This document shows positions 10,601 through 20,057 of a stretch of DNA of 64,000 nt, in pieces. The stretch comes from a bacterium. GTDB taxonomy: Bacteria > NPL-UPA2 > JAUVJM01. The notes beneath the pieces were generated by a model. It searched no databases, was not told the origin of the DNA, and saw nothing but the letters and a program-made list of their open reading frames with translations. Numbering within the stretch: the stretch's first letter is position 1; each line of letters starts with the position of its first letter. The stretch covers positions 5,369 through 69,368 of the forward strand of contig JAUWGW010000005.1 of assembly GCA_030606215.1 (NCBI GenBank), written 5' to 3'. Position numbers and translations under genes: made by a program.

Positions 10601-10780
10601 TCTATTCAGTTTAATTACAGAAATTATGTTTAAGGAGACAATGACTCCAGAGAACGCTGGCTTGCTGTGCTTAACCGTGAAAAGCCTGACCATGTTCTTG
10701 CCCCATGCCATAATATTCAGCCGGTCAGTCCTCCGGAAAATATTGTAGCTATGTATGAGACGGGATATAAGAATGGATAA
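10601..10780 (+). pseudogene. Internally deleted, frameshifted copy of the URO-D gene at 8529
   Basis: The first half matches 8489-8586 and the second half matches 9479-9566; one A is missing in ACTCCA(A)GAGAA. Confidence 0.9.
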
Positions 10781-10795
10781 GATTTTGGTATTTCC

Positions 10796-10824
10796 TTGAC
10801 AAGTGGTATGAAGATGGTTATACT
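10796..10824 (+). promoter_or_regulatory. sigma70-type promoter of the RHH-mazF pair
   Basis: TTGACA-17 nt-TATACT. Confidence 0.75.
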
Positions 10825-10829
10825 TTAGT

Positions 10830-11105
10830 ATGGGGGTGGTTCTAATGCAGAATGTGCGTAAAATCGCCATCAGCTTACCGAAAGACGATTTTAAAGAGAT
10901 AGAAAAGGTGTGCGCAAGGATGGGCATTGGACGTAGCGCTGTTATTGGCCGGGCCATTCGTTTCTGGTTACAGCAGAGGGAAAAGGCACAAATGATCAAG
11001 TGCTACGAAGATGGCTACAAACGGAAGCCCGAAAGAGTGTTTGATTTGGAGAGCTTTGAGAAGGCGGAACTCGAAGTTTTGGATGCTAAAGAGGATTGGT
11101 CATGA
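10830..11105 (+). CDS. Ribbon-helix-helix (CopG-like) antitoxin (start 10830 or 10845)
   Basis: KIAISLP...GIGRSAVIGRAI RHH pattern; ATGA overlap with mazF. Confidence 0.8.
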   Translation: MGVVLMQNVRKIAISLPKDDFKEIEKVCARMGIGRSAVIGRAIRFWLQQREKAQMIKCYEDGYKRKPERVFDLESFEKAELEVLDAKEDWS

Positions 11106-11416
11106 AGAGGGGAGAGGTCTGGTGGGCAGATATACCCAAACCGATTGGCCGACGGCCGGTTGTCTTGCTTTCTCGAGATGAAGCTTACCGAGTTCGTGAT
11201 GCTGTTACCGTAGCAGAAGTAACTCAGACTATGCGTAACATTCCTGTAGAGGTGCCGCTTACGAAAGAAGATGGCTTGATGAAAAAGTGTGTTGCTAATT
11301 TAGATATGATTATTACTATACGAAAATCACTCCTTGTAGAACGTATATGCCTGTTAAAACAGGAAAAGATAAGCTCCGTAGGCAAAGCCATAAAATTTGC
11401 CTTAGCGTTGGATTAG
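11102..11416 (+). CDS. mazF: PemK/MazF family toxin
   Basis: MKRGEVWWA, RRPVVLLS, VAEVT, ANLD. Confidence 0.9.
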   Translation: MKRGEVWWADIPKPIGRRPVVLLSRDEAYRVRDAVTVAEVTQTMRNIPVEVPLTKEDGLMKKCVANLDMIITIRKSLLVERICLLKQEKISSVGKAIKFALALD

Positions 11417-11476
11417 ATAAGATCCAGCCTACCTGATTTTTCCACGAAGTCTCCGAGCCGGAGGCGATGGTGACTC

Positions 11477-11505
11477 TTGACATAAGGGATGTCGTATGCT
11501 ATAGT
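11477..11505 (+). promoter_or_regulatory. sigma70-type promoter of rplU-rpmA
   Basis: TTGACA-17 nt-TATAGT with extended -10 TG. Confidence 0.75.
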
Positions 11506-11532
11506 TATGCCGTTATTAATGGAGGGGAAACG

Positions 11533-11853
11533 ATGTATGCTGTGGTTGCAACTGGAGGAAAACAGTACAAGGTTTCAGCTGGTGATAGAATCAAAGTGGA
11601 AAAACTTAATGAGCAAACCGGGGAATCCATTGAACTCAGTGAGGTTCTCTTAGTTGTTGATGGCGAGAAGGTAAAAGTGGGACAACCAAAAGTAAAAAAT
11701 GCAAAAGTGGTAGCTCAGGTAATAGGGCATGGACGTGGGAGGAAGAAAATTATTTTCAAGAAGAAGAAAAGGGAGAAATACCGCCGTAAGGCTGGACATC
11801 GTCAGGAATATACAGAACTGGAAATAAAGGAAATTGGTTGTGGAGGTGAGTAG
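11533..11853 (+). CDS. rplU: 50S ribosomal protein L21
   Basis: [21 protein letters not shown]; SD GGAGG. Confidence 0.97.
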   Translation: MYAVVATGGKQYKVSAGDRIKVEKLNEQTGESIELSEVLLVVDGEKVKVGQPKVKNAKVVAQVIGHGRGRKKIIFKKKKREKYRRKAGHRQEYTELEIKEIGCGGE

Positions 11854-11855
11854 CA

Positions 11856-12104
11856 ATGGCGCATAAGAAGGGAATGGGAAGTTCCCGGAATGGTCGTGAA
11901 AGCAGGTCACAGAGGTTAGGTGTAAAACGGTTTGGCGGGCAGCTTGTCAGGGCAGGCAATATACTTATAAGGCAGCGTGGCACAAAGTTCGCACCTGGCA
12001 GAAATGTTGGCATTGGCAGTGATGATACCCTATTTGCGAAGGCTGATGGGGTTGTTAAATTTGAGAGTAAGAATGGAAGACCTCGTATTGTGAGTGTTCT
12101 CTGA
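11856..12104 (+). CDS. rpmA: 50S ribosomal protein L27
   Basis: [27 protein letters not shown]. Confidence 0.98.
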   Translation: MAHKKGMGSSRNGRESRSQRLGVKRFGGQLVRAGNILIRQRGTKFAPGRNVGIGSDDTLFAKADGVVKFESKNGRPRIVSVL

Positions 12105-12211
12105 TTCAGACAGCAGAGGTTAGCATGGGAGACATCCTACGTAGTAATTTTCCAAAGCCCTCCGCAGGATGTCTCCCATACTAAGGCACATGACAGCCCA
12201 GTGTCTGAATC
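12103..12211. repeat. Nested inverted repeat (long hairpin) between rpmA and obg
   Basis: Outer arms GATTCAGACA (12103-12112) and TGTCTGAATC (12202-12211); inner 22-bp arms 12120-12141 and 12163-12184 with 2 mismatches. Confidence 0.9.
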
Positions 12212-12226
12212 GCAGTGTGAGTGTTG

Positions 12227-13207
12227 ATGTTTGTTGACAGAGCGAAAATCTGTGTAAAAGCTGGAGATGGCGGAGATGGTTGTGTAAGTTTCCGTCGTGA
12301 GAAGTTTGTCCCGAGAGGTGGACCGGATGGAGGGAACGGAGGCAGCGGTGGTGATGTGGTATTGGAAACGGATAGTAAGCTGCAGACCCTGGCTGATTTT
12401 CGCTATTTAACCCATTTCACATCTCAATCCGGCGCATATGGAAGTGGTAAGAGTAAGAAGGGTAAAGATGGGGAGACGCTGGTAATCAGGATTCCGCCTG
12501 GGACTGTGGTATCTGATGCGGCGACAGGAGAGGTTTTAGTTGACCTGGTTGAGGGTGGAAGTAGAGTAATAGTTGCAAAAGGTGGAGATGGAGGGCGCGG
12601 AAATGTTAGTATGAAGAGTTCCACCAATAGAGCTCCACGCATCCGGGAGAGAGGACATGCAGGCGGGGAAAGAAGTCTCAATCTGGAACTGAGAATAATT
12701 GCGGATGTTGGAGTAATTGGGTGTCCAAATGCAGGGAAGTCAACCTTAATAGCCTACCTTTCAAACGCGAGACCGAAAATTGCAGATTATCCTTTCACTA
12801 CGCTCAAACCTACTCTCGGGATAGTTGAATATGAACCTTTCAAGAGATTCATCATAGCTGAGATTCCAGGATTGGTGAAGGGCGCCCATCATGGGAAAGG
12901 GCTTGGTGATGAGTTCTTGCGTCATGTTAAACGGACGAGACTGCTCATTCATCTGGTTGATTTGAGCAAAAACCCTTACGAAGATTATATGACGGTGAAT
13001 GAGGAGTTAAAACTGTATGATTCTGAGTTGATTAAAAAATCGCGGATTGTTGCGGCAAATAAGATAGATTTGCCAGAGGCTGAAGAAAATTTCAGGGAGT
13101 TAGTTCACAAGTTGGGAAGGGATTCAGTGCTTGCAGTTTCTGCCTTAAAGGGGACAGGGCTAAGTGAACTTGTGAACACTGTTGGAGATTTACTCACACA
13201 GGTGTAA
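12227..13207 (+). CDS. obg: GTPase Obg/CgtA
   Basis: FRREKFVPRGGPDGGNGG, GCPNAGKST, KIADYPFTTL, NKID. Confidence 0.97.
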   Translation: MFVDRAKICVKAGDGGDGCVSFRREKFVPRGGPDGGNGGSGGDVVLETDSKLQTLADFRYLTHFTSQSGAYGSGKSKKGKDGETLVIRIPPGTVVSDAATGEVLVDLVEGGSRVIVAKGGDGGRGNVSMKSSTNRAPRIRERGHAGGERSLNLELRIIADVGVIGCPNAGKSTLIAYLSNARPKIADYPFTTLKPTLGIVEYEPFKRFIIAEIPGLVKGAHHGKGLGDEFLRHVKRTRLLIHLVDLSKNPYEDYMTVNEELKLYDSELIKKSRIVAANKIDLPEAEENFRELVHKLGRDSVLAVSALKGTGLSELVNTVGDLLTQV

Positions 13208-14322
13208 TGGAACGGAAACAATTATTCTCTAATGTCCGGCGTTTAGTCGTAAAAGTAGGGACAAATGTTCTTACCACGGAAGAAGGGAACCTTGATAGAA
13301 AGCAAATTGAGAATTTATCGGCTGATGTTTCAGAGTTTGTGAAGGCAAAGCTGGAAGTAGTGCTGGTCAGTTCAGGAGCAATTACAGCAGGAAAAGCAAG
13401 TCTTGGATTGAAAGCGAGACCTAAGACAATTCCGGAGGAACAGGCTGCGGCGGCTATCGGACAGACGAGACTCATGCATTTATACAGTGAGTGTTTCGGT
13501 AGAAATGGGCTCTGTGTAGGTCAGGTTTTGCTTACGCAGGCTGATTTGCGCGACAGAAGACGGTATCTCAATGCACGCAATACCATCCTCACTCTTTTGC
13601 GAGCCGGAGTAATTCCTATTGTGAATGAGAACGATACAGTTGCTGTGGATGAACTCTACTTTGGAGAAAGATTCGGCGATAATGATACGCTGTCTGCCCT
13701 TGTGACAAATCTGATTGAGGCTGGATTACTGATTATTCTTACGGATGTAGATGGGCTTCTTTCAGATGAAGGATTAATTGAGGAAGTTCGGAAGGTTTCC
13801 CCTGCAATTGAATCATACGCGAAGAAGACTAAAGGTGATTTTGGAAAGGGGGGTATGGCAAGCAAGATTAAAGCGGCAAAAATAGTAACTGAGTCGGGGG
13901 AGAAAGTTGTCATTGCAAATGGAGGAGCGCCTCAAGTGCTGCGCAGAGTTCTGGATGGTGATAATGTTGGGACTCTCTTTCTGCCGGGAAAAGAGAGAAT
14001 AGGCGGGAAAAAACGCTGGATTGCTTTCACACTGCAGACGCGTGGAAATCTAACAGTTGATGAAGGAGCAAAGGATGCTTTAAAGGTGGGAAAGAGTCTA
14101 TTGCCGAGCGGGATAAAGGAGATAGATGGAAAATTCCAGACAGGAGATGCAGTCAGTATAAGAGATGAAGCGGGAAGAGAGTTTGCGCGTGGGCTTATCA
14201 ACTATTCATCTGAAGAAGCGGGAAAAATAATTGGGGTGAAATCAGGAGAAATTGAAGCCATTCTTGGGTATAAATCTTATGATGAAGTTATTCACAGAGA
14301 TAATCTCGTTATCCTTTCTTAG
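13207..14322 (+). CDS. proB: Glutamate 5-kinase with PUA domain
   Basis: VVKVGT, VSSGAI, PIVNENDTV, FGDNDTLSA, SLLPSG, IHRDNLV. Confidence 0.97.
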   Translation: MERKQLFSNVRRLVVKVGTNVLTTEEGNLDRKQIENLSADVSEFVKAKLEVVLVSSGAITAGKASLGLKARPKTIPEEQAAAAIGQTRLMHLYSECFGRNGLCVGQVLLTQADLRDRRRYLNARNTILTLLRAGVIPIVNENDTVAVDELYFGERFGDNDTLSALVTNLIEAGLLIILTDVDGLLSDEGLIEEVRKVSPAIESYAKKTKGDFGKGGMASKIKAAKIVTESGEKVVIANGGAPQVLRRVLDGDNVGTLFLPGKERIGGKKRWIAFTLQTRGNLTVDEGAKDALKVGKSLLPSGIKEIDGKFQTGDAVSIRDEAGREFARGLINYSSEEAGKIIGVKSGEIEAILGYKSYDEVIHRDNLVILS

Positions 14323-14331
14323 AGGGGTTTT

Positions 14332-15579
14332 ATGAGAGAAGTGGAATTGATGGGGAAAAGGGCGAAGGCTGCGAGCAGGAAACTGGCTGCTCTTGGAACA
14401 AATGTGAAGAATTCTGCTCTTGAGGCAATGGCGTCTTCACTGAAAGATTCCCGCGATAGGATTATGGAAGCTAACAAGCGGGATATTGAGAAGTCAAAGA
14501 AAAAGGGGCTTTCCCGGGCTTTCATTGACAGACTCACCATAACCCCTTCCCGTTTTGAGGATATGGTTGACTCTATTTTGCATATTGCTAAGTTGCCTGA
14601 CCCTGTTGGAGGGGTTATCCGAATGTGGCGGAGACCAAACGGACTTGAGATTAGTAAGGTCAGAGTTCCAATAGGAGTAATTGGCATTATTTATGAAGCG
14701 CGTCCCAATGTAAGTGTTGATGCAAGTTGTCTCTGTCTTAAATCCGGCAATAGTGTCCTCCTGCGAGGGGGGACTGATGCAATAAACTCAAATCTGACAA
14801 TTGTTGATGTGTTGAGTAAAGCCGCAATCTGTGCTGGAATCCCTGGCGGAAGTTTGCAATTGATTAAAGATACATCTCATAGAGCAGTTGAGGTGCTTCT
14901 TCGGCTGGATAAATATGTTGATTTGATTATTCCAAGAGGAGGAGAGAACCTGATACGGGTAGTGACAGAGAAATCTAAAATACCTGTGATAAAGCATTAT
15001 AAGGGAGTCTGTCATGTTTATGTAGACAGCGAGGCGGATTTAAAGATTGCCCAGGAAGTGTGTTTCAATGCAAAGGTTCAACGCCCCGGTGTCTGTAATG
15101 CAATGGAGACAATGCTTGTCCATAAGAAATTGGTAAGGAAGTTTCTTAAACCAATGTTCGGAAGATTTAAGACTGCAGGAGTGGAAATCAGAGGATGTCC
15201 TGAGGTAAGGAGGATTGTGCCTGCGGTCAAAAGAGCCACTGAGAAAGATTGGAGCACCGAATATCTTGACCTCATTCTTTCAGTGAAAGTTGTATCAAGT
15301 CTTGAGGAGGCAATGAATCATATCAACACCTATGGCTCAGGGCATTCTGATGCAATAATTACAACTAACTTAAACAGTGCGAGGAGATTTCTCGCAGAAG
15401 TTGATTCTGCCTGTGTTTATGTAAATGCTTCCACTCGTTTTACGGATGGCGGCGAATTCGGGATGGGAGCTGAGATAGGAATCAGCACAGACAAGTTTCA
15501 TGCACGGGGTCCGATGGGGCTTGAAGAGTTGACCACATATAAATATATTGTTTATGGAGACGGGCAGATAAGAGAGTGA
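14332..15579 (+). CDS. proA: Gamma-glutamyl phosphate reductase
   Basis: VPIGVIGIIYEARPNV, CNAMET, NASTRFTDGGEFG, HARGPMGLEELT. Confidence 0.98.
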   Translation: MREVELMGKRAKAASRKLAALGTNVKNSALEAMASSLKDSRDRIMEANKRDIEKSKKKGLSRAFIDRLTITPSRFEDMVDSILHIAKLPDPVGGVIRMWRRPNGLEISKVRVPIGVIGIIYEARPNVSVDASCLCLKSGNSVLLRGGTDAINSNLTIVDVLSKAAICAGIPGGSLQLIKDTSHRAVEVLLRLDKYVDLIIPRGGENLIRVVTEKSKIPVIKHYKGVCHVYVDSEADLKIAQEVCFNAKVQRPGVCNAMETMLVHKKLVRKFLKPMFGRFKTAGVEIRGCPEVRRIVPAVKRATEKDWSTEYLDLILSVKVVSSLEEAMNHINTYGSGHSDAIITTNLNSARRFLAEVDSACVYVNASTRFTDGGEFGMGAEIGISTDKFHARGPMGLEELTTYKYIVYGDGQIRE

Positions 15580-16148
15580 AAATAGGTATAATTGGCGGGA
15601 CGTTTAATCCCATTCACTATGGGCATCTTTTTATTGCATCTCAGGCGAGGGAGTCTTTCAACCTTGATAAAGTAATTTTCGTTCCGTGCAGCCAGCCTCC
15701 GCACAAAGGTGAAATGAATCTTGCAGATGCAGAGCGGCGTTTGCGAATGACCGAACTTGCAATTGAATCCAATCCAGATTTTGTTGTATCTTCAATAGAA
15801 CTTAAGAGAGGTGGAAAATCATATTCAGTAGAAACAGTGGCAGAATTTCAGAAAAAATATGGTGAGGAAACCGAGATATATTTTATTATTGGTATGGATA
15901 GTTTCAGGGAACTTTCCACGTGGAAGGATATTGATGAGCTTCTGAAGAAGTGTCAGTTCATTGTAGCACCAAGACCCGGGTGGGATGGAGAGGAAGGGAC
16001 GGAGAGCGGCTTTCATTTTATGGAAATTCCCGGATTTGAAATCTCATCAGCAGACATCAGGGATAGAGTCAGAGGCGGATGCTCTATAAAGTATTTACTG
16101 CCGGAGGTGGTGGAAAATTATATCATTGAGCACGGATTGTATAAGTAA
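15576..16148 (+). CDS. nadD: Nicotinate-nucleotide adenylyltransferase
   Basis: GGTFNPIHYGH, FIIGMDS, ISSADIR. Confidence 0.96.
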   Translation: MKIGIIGGTFNPIHYGHLFIASQARESFNLDKVIFVPCSQPPHKGEMNLADAERRLRMTELAIESNPDFVVSSIELKRGGKSYSVETVAEFQKKYGEETEIYFIIGMDSFRELSTWKDIDELLKKCQFIVAPRPGWDGEEGTESGFHFMEIPGFEISSADIRDRVRGGCSIKYLLPEVVENYIIEHGLYK

Positions 16149-16178
16149 ATTGCAAGAGTTTAAATATAAGAGTGACTA

Positions 16179-16529
16179 ATGATTGATGCTAAGGAAAAAG
16201 CTCTTCTTGGAACATCGATAGCTTCTCAGAAGAAAGCCAGCGACATAATTTTACTGGATATGAGGAGAGTGGTTAGTTTTACAGATTATTTTTTGATATG
16301 CAGCGGTGAGACTGACATTCAGATTCGCGCAATTGCCGACGCTATTGTAGGGGAGATGAAAAAAAAGAAGATAAAGGTCTGGCATGTTGAGGGTTATGAA
16401 GAAGCAAAGTGGGTGTTACTGGACTATTGGGATGTAGTTATCCATATTTTTCATCCGGAGATTCGCAAGTTCTATCAGCTTGAGAAATTATGGGCTGATG
16501 CAGAGGTTCTGGAAGGGGAGAAAGAGTGA
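16179..16529 (+). CDS. rsfS: Ribosome silencing factor
   Basis: DYFLICSG, WVLLDY..VVIHIF, RKFYQLEKLWADA. Confidence 0.95.
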   Translation: MIDAKEKALLGTSIASQKKASDIILLDMRRVVSFTDYFLICSGETDIQIRAIADAIVGEMKKKKIKVWHVEGYEEAKWVLLDYWDVVIHIFHPEIRKFYQLEKLWADAEVLEGEKE

Positions 16530-18187
16530 CAAGAAGTACAAAGCAAGTTATCGGGCAGTTCCTGACAGAAGCTGTTGAAGAAGCAAGAAAAAAACTGGAT
16601 ATGGATGTAATTCCTCCGATATATTTTGAGCTCCCGAAGGAGAAAAGTCACGGGGATATCTCCTCAAATATTTCTTTCCTGATTGCAAGCAAGTTGGGAA
16701 TTCCTTCCACAAAGGTGGCTGATACAATCCTTGAGAATCTCGTCTCAAAGATTCAACAGAGCCCATTATTTAACAAGGTTGAGGCTGCCGGGGGCGGCTT
16801 TATCAATTTTTTTCTGAATCCCGGGGCTTTCTATCCGGTTCTTTTACAGATTGATGAAGAAGGGGAGAAATATGGTTGTTCAGATGTTGGCGGCGGTAGA
16901 AAAGTCCTTGTAGAATTTGTCAGTGCCAATCCTACAGGACCGCTTCACATAGGGCATGCGCGAAATGCAGCGGTAGGGGATGTGCTCGCTAACATACTGA
17001 GAGCTTGTGGATTTGATGTAAATAGGGAATACTATCTGAATGATGTTGGAAGTCAGGTTGAGGCTCTGGGTAAATCCCTCAAGTCTCGTTACATGCAGTT
17101 ATTGGGAGAGCGAGAAGTAGATGTTGAATATAAAGGGGAATATCTGGTTGAACTCTCAAGGGAATTGTTTGAGAAAGGCGAGAGGCAATATAAAGATCGT
17201 GGTGTAGAATTTTTCGCAAATTATGCTGTGAAGAGAATCCGGGAAGGGATAGAAAAAGACCTTGAAGATTTTGGAGTTTTTTTTGACTGCTGGTTCAGTG
17301 AAGAGAATCTGCACAGCTCAGGCAGCATAAGGAAAGCGGTAAGTCTGCTTGAGGAGAAAGGGCTTGTGGAGTTTAGGGAAGGAGCTAAGTGGCTCAAATC
17401 AACTGAGTTTGCAGATGAGAAAGATAGAGTCGTCATCAGAAGTGATGGTTCCCCTACATATCTTGCGGCAGATATTGCTTATCACTACCGCAAATTCAAT
17501 GACGGGTCTGATAGACTCATAAATGTATGGGGTGCTGACCACCACGGGTACATCCCGCGTCTCAAAGCAGTTATTGAGGGGCTGGGGTTCTCTCCTGACG
17601 CACTTGATATAGTTCTTATACAACTTGTTAAACTCCGTCGTAGCGGGAAGCCTGTGTCAATGTCTACAAGGGCGGGGGAGTTTGTAACTCTTCGGGAGGT
17701 AATTGATGAAGTTGGTAAGGATAGTATGCGGTTTTTTATGCTGATGCGGAGGAGTAACGCTCAGCTTGATTTTGACCTTGAATTGGCAAAAAGGCAGTCA
17801 ATGGAAAACCCGGTATACTATGTTCAGTATGCTCATGCGAGGATATGCAGTCTCCTTTCATTTGCGGATGAAAATGGTCTAAGGTTGAGGAAAGCTAAGG
17901 ATGTTCAATGTGAGTTATTGAGAGAAAAAGAGGAGCTTGATTTGATTAAGGTTTTAAGTTTTTTCCCTGAAGTAGTTGAGGGAAGCGCAAGAAGTCTTGA
18001 ACCACACAGGTTGACCGGATACTTACAGCGTCTTGCCTCAAGTTTCCATAACTTTTATGACAGGTTGAGAGTTGTGGGTGAGGAAGAAGAAAAGGCACTT
18101 GCACGGTTGGCTCTTGTTAAGGCGGCGCAGATAACTTTACAGAATGGTTTGCGCCTCCTGGGGATTTCCGCCCCGGAAAAAATGTAG
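16526..18187 (+). CDS. argS: Arginine--tRNA ligase
   Basis: EFVSANPTGPLHIGH, WGADHHGY, MSTRAG, YVQYAHARI, APEKM. Confidence 0.98.
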   Translation: MTRSTKQVIGQFLTEAVEEARKKLDMDVIPPIYFELPKEKSHGDISSNISFLIASKLGIPSTKVADTILENLVSKIQQSPLFNKVEAAGGGFINFFLNPGAFYPVLLQIDEEGEKYGCSDVGGGRKVLVEFVSANPTGPLHIGHARNAAVGDVLANILRACGFDVNREYYLNDVGSQVEALGKSLKSRYMQLLGEREVDVEYKGEYLVELSRELFEKGERQYKDRGVEFFANYAVKRIREGIEKDLEDFGVFFDCWFSEENLHSSGSIRKAVSLLEEKGLVEFREGAKWLKSTEFADEKDRVVIRSDGSPTYLAADIAYHYRKFNDGSDRLINVWGADHHGYIPRLKAVIEGLGFSPDALDIVLIQLVKLRRSGKPVSMSTRAGEFVTLREVIDEVGKDSMRFFMLMRRSNAQLDFDLELAKRQSMENPVYYVQYAHARICSLLSFADENGLRLRKAKDVQCELLREKEELDLIKVLSFFPEVVEGSARSLEPHRLTGYLQRLASSFHNFYDRLRVVGEEEEKALARLALVKAAQITLQNGLRLLGISAPEKM

Positions 18188-18204
18188 AGAAAGAGAGAGG
18201 TATC

Positions 18205-18840
18205 TTGCAGGTAATACGACTTGGTCTTGTTGATTATAATACTGCCTATTCCATGCAGAAGGAACTCGTGGCTAAAAGAATACGAGGGGAGGTTCCTGAT
18301 ACTTTAATTCTTTTGGAGCATGGGCCTGTTTTCACTGTGGGGCGCAGTGGTAGTTCAGGCAGTATCCTTATCACGGAAGAGAAGTGTTTGAAAGAGAAAA
18401 TTGCTGTTTTCAAGGTAGACCGCGGAGGTGATGTTACCTACCATGGGCCGGGACAGCTTGTAGGTTATCCCATTCTTGATTTGAGTGGATATGGTAAGGA
18501 TATTCACAAATTTTTGCGCTTGCTTGAAGAGGTCATAATAAGAGTGCTGGCTGAGTATGGGTTGAAAGCTTTGAGACTCTCAGGACTTACTGGAGTCTGG
18601 GTTGGGCAGAAGAAGATAGCCTCTATTGGCGTTGGTGTCAGAAAATGGGTGAGTTTTCACGGTTTCAGTTTGAACGTAGCACCTTTTATGAGGCATTTTT
18701 CATTTATCAATCCCTGTGGATTGGGTGATGGCAGGATGACTTCAATGAAGGAACTTTTAGGGTATAATTTGCCTGTTGAAGATGTGCGGGAAAAAGTAGT
18801 CAAAAGTTTCAGTGAGGTTTTTGAGGCAGCTGAAGGCTGA
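18205..18840 (+). CDS. lipB: Lipoyl(octanoyl) transferase
   Basis: LLEHGPVFTVG, DRGGDVTYHGPGQLVGYPI, KIASIG, INPCG. Confidence 0.95.
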   Translation: MQVIRLGLVDYNTAYSMQKELVAKRIRGEVPDTLILLEHGPVFTVGRSGSSGSILITEEKCLKEKIAVFKVDRGGDVTYHGPGQLVGYPILDLSGYGKDIHKFLRLLEEVIIRVLAEYGLKALRLSGLTGVWVGQKKIASIGVGVRKWVSFHGFSLNVAPFMRHFSFINPCGLGDGRMTSMKELLGYNLPVEDVREKVVKSFSEVFEAAEG

Positions 18841-18863
18841 AAGCATGCAGTAGGGGGTATAGT

Positions 18864-20042
18864 ATGCGCAAGAAAATTGAATCTGAGAGGATATTGCGTC
18901 TTCCACCGTATATGTTTGCAAAGATAAATGATGCAAGACTTAAAGCAAGGCGAAAAGGGGTGGATGTGATTGACCTCGGGATGGGAAATCCGGACCGCCC
19001 TCCTTCACCACACATAATTGAAAAACTCTGTCAGGTAGCGCATGACCCAAAAGCGCATAGATACTCTGCTTCCAGGGGGATTCCTCATCTGCGTAAGGCT
19101 ATTTGCAGATGGTATCAGAAACGATTTGATGTGAAGCTTGACCCTGAGAAGGAAGCTATAGTTACAATTGGGTCAAAAGAGGGGATATCGCATCTCGCAC
19201 TCGCCGTTCTTAATAGAGGGGATATAGTTCTTGTTCAGGACCCAACATATCCGGCTTATCTTTACAGTGTTGCAATTGCGGGGGGTGATGTTGCAAGTCT
19301 TCCCGTAACTGAAGAGAATAATTATATTCCGGATCTGGAAGGAGTCATTGGAAAGATATATCCAAAACCAAAGATACTAATTCTGAGTTATCCTCATAAT
19401 CCTACGGCTCAGGTTGTAGATTTAGAATTTTTTGAAAGGGTGGTTCATTTTGCTAAGAAGGAAGATATTTTAATTGTCCATGACCTTGCCTATTCGGAGA
19501 TATGTTTTGACGGCTACACCGCTCCAAGTTTTCTTCAGGTGAAAGGAGCTAAAAGTGTCGGGATTGAATTTTACAGCATGTCAAAAACTTACTCGATGGC
19601 TGGATGGAGAGTAGGGTTTGCTGTCGGAAATCGCAATATTATACGGGCTCTTGAAAAAATAAAGGGGTATTATGACTACGGGATATTTACACCTATACAG
19701 GTAGCTTCAATCATTGCGCTTGACTCATCCCAGGATTGTGTTCGCGAGACCTGTGATATTTACAGGCGAAGAAGAGATGTTCTTGTAAGAGGGCTGAATA
19801 GAATCGGGTGGAAAGTTTCTTCTCCAAGGGCTACAATGTATCTCTGGGTTCCTATACCGGAGAAGTTTAAGAAAATGAAATCACTGAAGTTTGCATCGTT
19901 CCTTCTTGAGAAGGCAGAGGTAGCGGTTGCTCCGGGTATAGGTTTTGGAGCATATGGGGAAGGTTACCTCAGGTTTGCTCTTGTTGAAAATGAACACAGG
20001 CTCAGACAGGCAGTAAGGGGGATAAAGAAAGCGCTGCAATAA
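18864..20042 (+). CDS. Class I/II PLP aminotransferase (AlaC/LL-DAP aminotransferase-like)
   Basis: LPPYMF, DLGMGNPD, YPHNPT, SMSKTYSMAGWRVG, ENEHRLRQA. Confidence 0.9.
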   Translation: MRKKIESERILRLPPYMFAKINDARLKARRKGVDVIDLGMGNPDRPPSPHIIEKLCQVAHDPKAHRYSASRGIPHLRKAICRWYQKRFDVKLDPEKEAIVTIGSKEGISHLALAVLNRGDIVLVQDPTYPAYLYSVAIAGGDVASLPVTEENNYIPDLEGVIGKIYPKPKILILSYPHNPTAQVVDLEFFERVVHFAKKEDILIVHDLAYSEICFDGYTAPSFLQVKGAKSVGIEFYSMSKTYSMAGWRVGFAVGNRNIIRALEKIKGYYDYGIFTPIQVASIIALDSSQDCVRETCDIYRRRRDVLVRGLNRIGWKVSSPRATMYLWVPIPEKFKKMKSLKFASFLLEKAEVAVAPGIGFGAYGEGYLRFALVENEHRLRQAVRGIKKALQ

Positions 20043-20057
20043 GTGTTTGTTACTACT

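Noticed and set aside
10554-10748. 64-aa ORF and the opposite 10505-10999 ORF
   Set aside because: They run through the URO-D pseudogene copy and promoter DNA; not independent genes
11440-11470. CTCCG-AGC-CGGAG hairpin after mazF
   Set aside because: Short stem with no T tract; not callable as a terminator or repeat
12103-12211. 6S or SRP RNA call for the rpmA-obg hairpin
   Set aside because: About 110 nt is short for 6S and the SRP domain IV motif is absent; kept as an unclassified repeat
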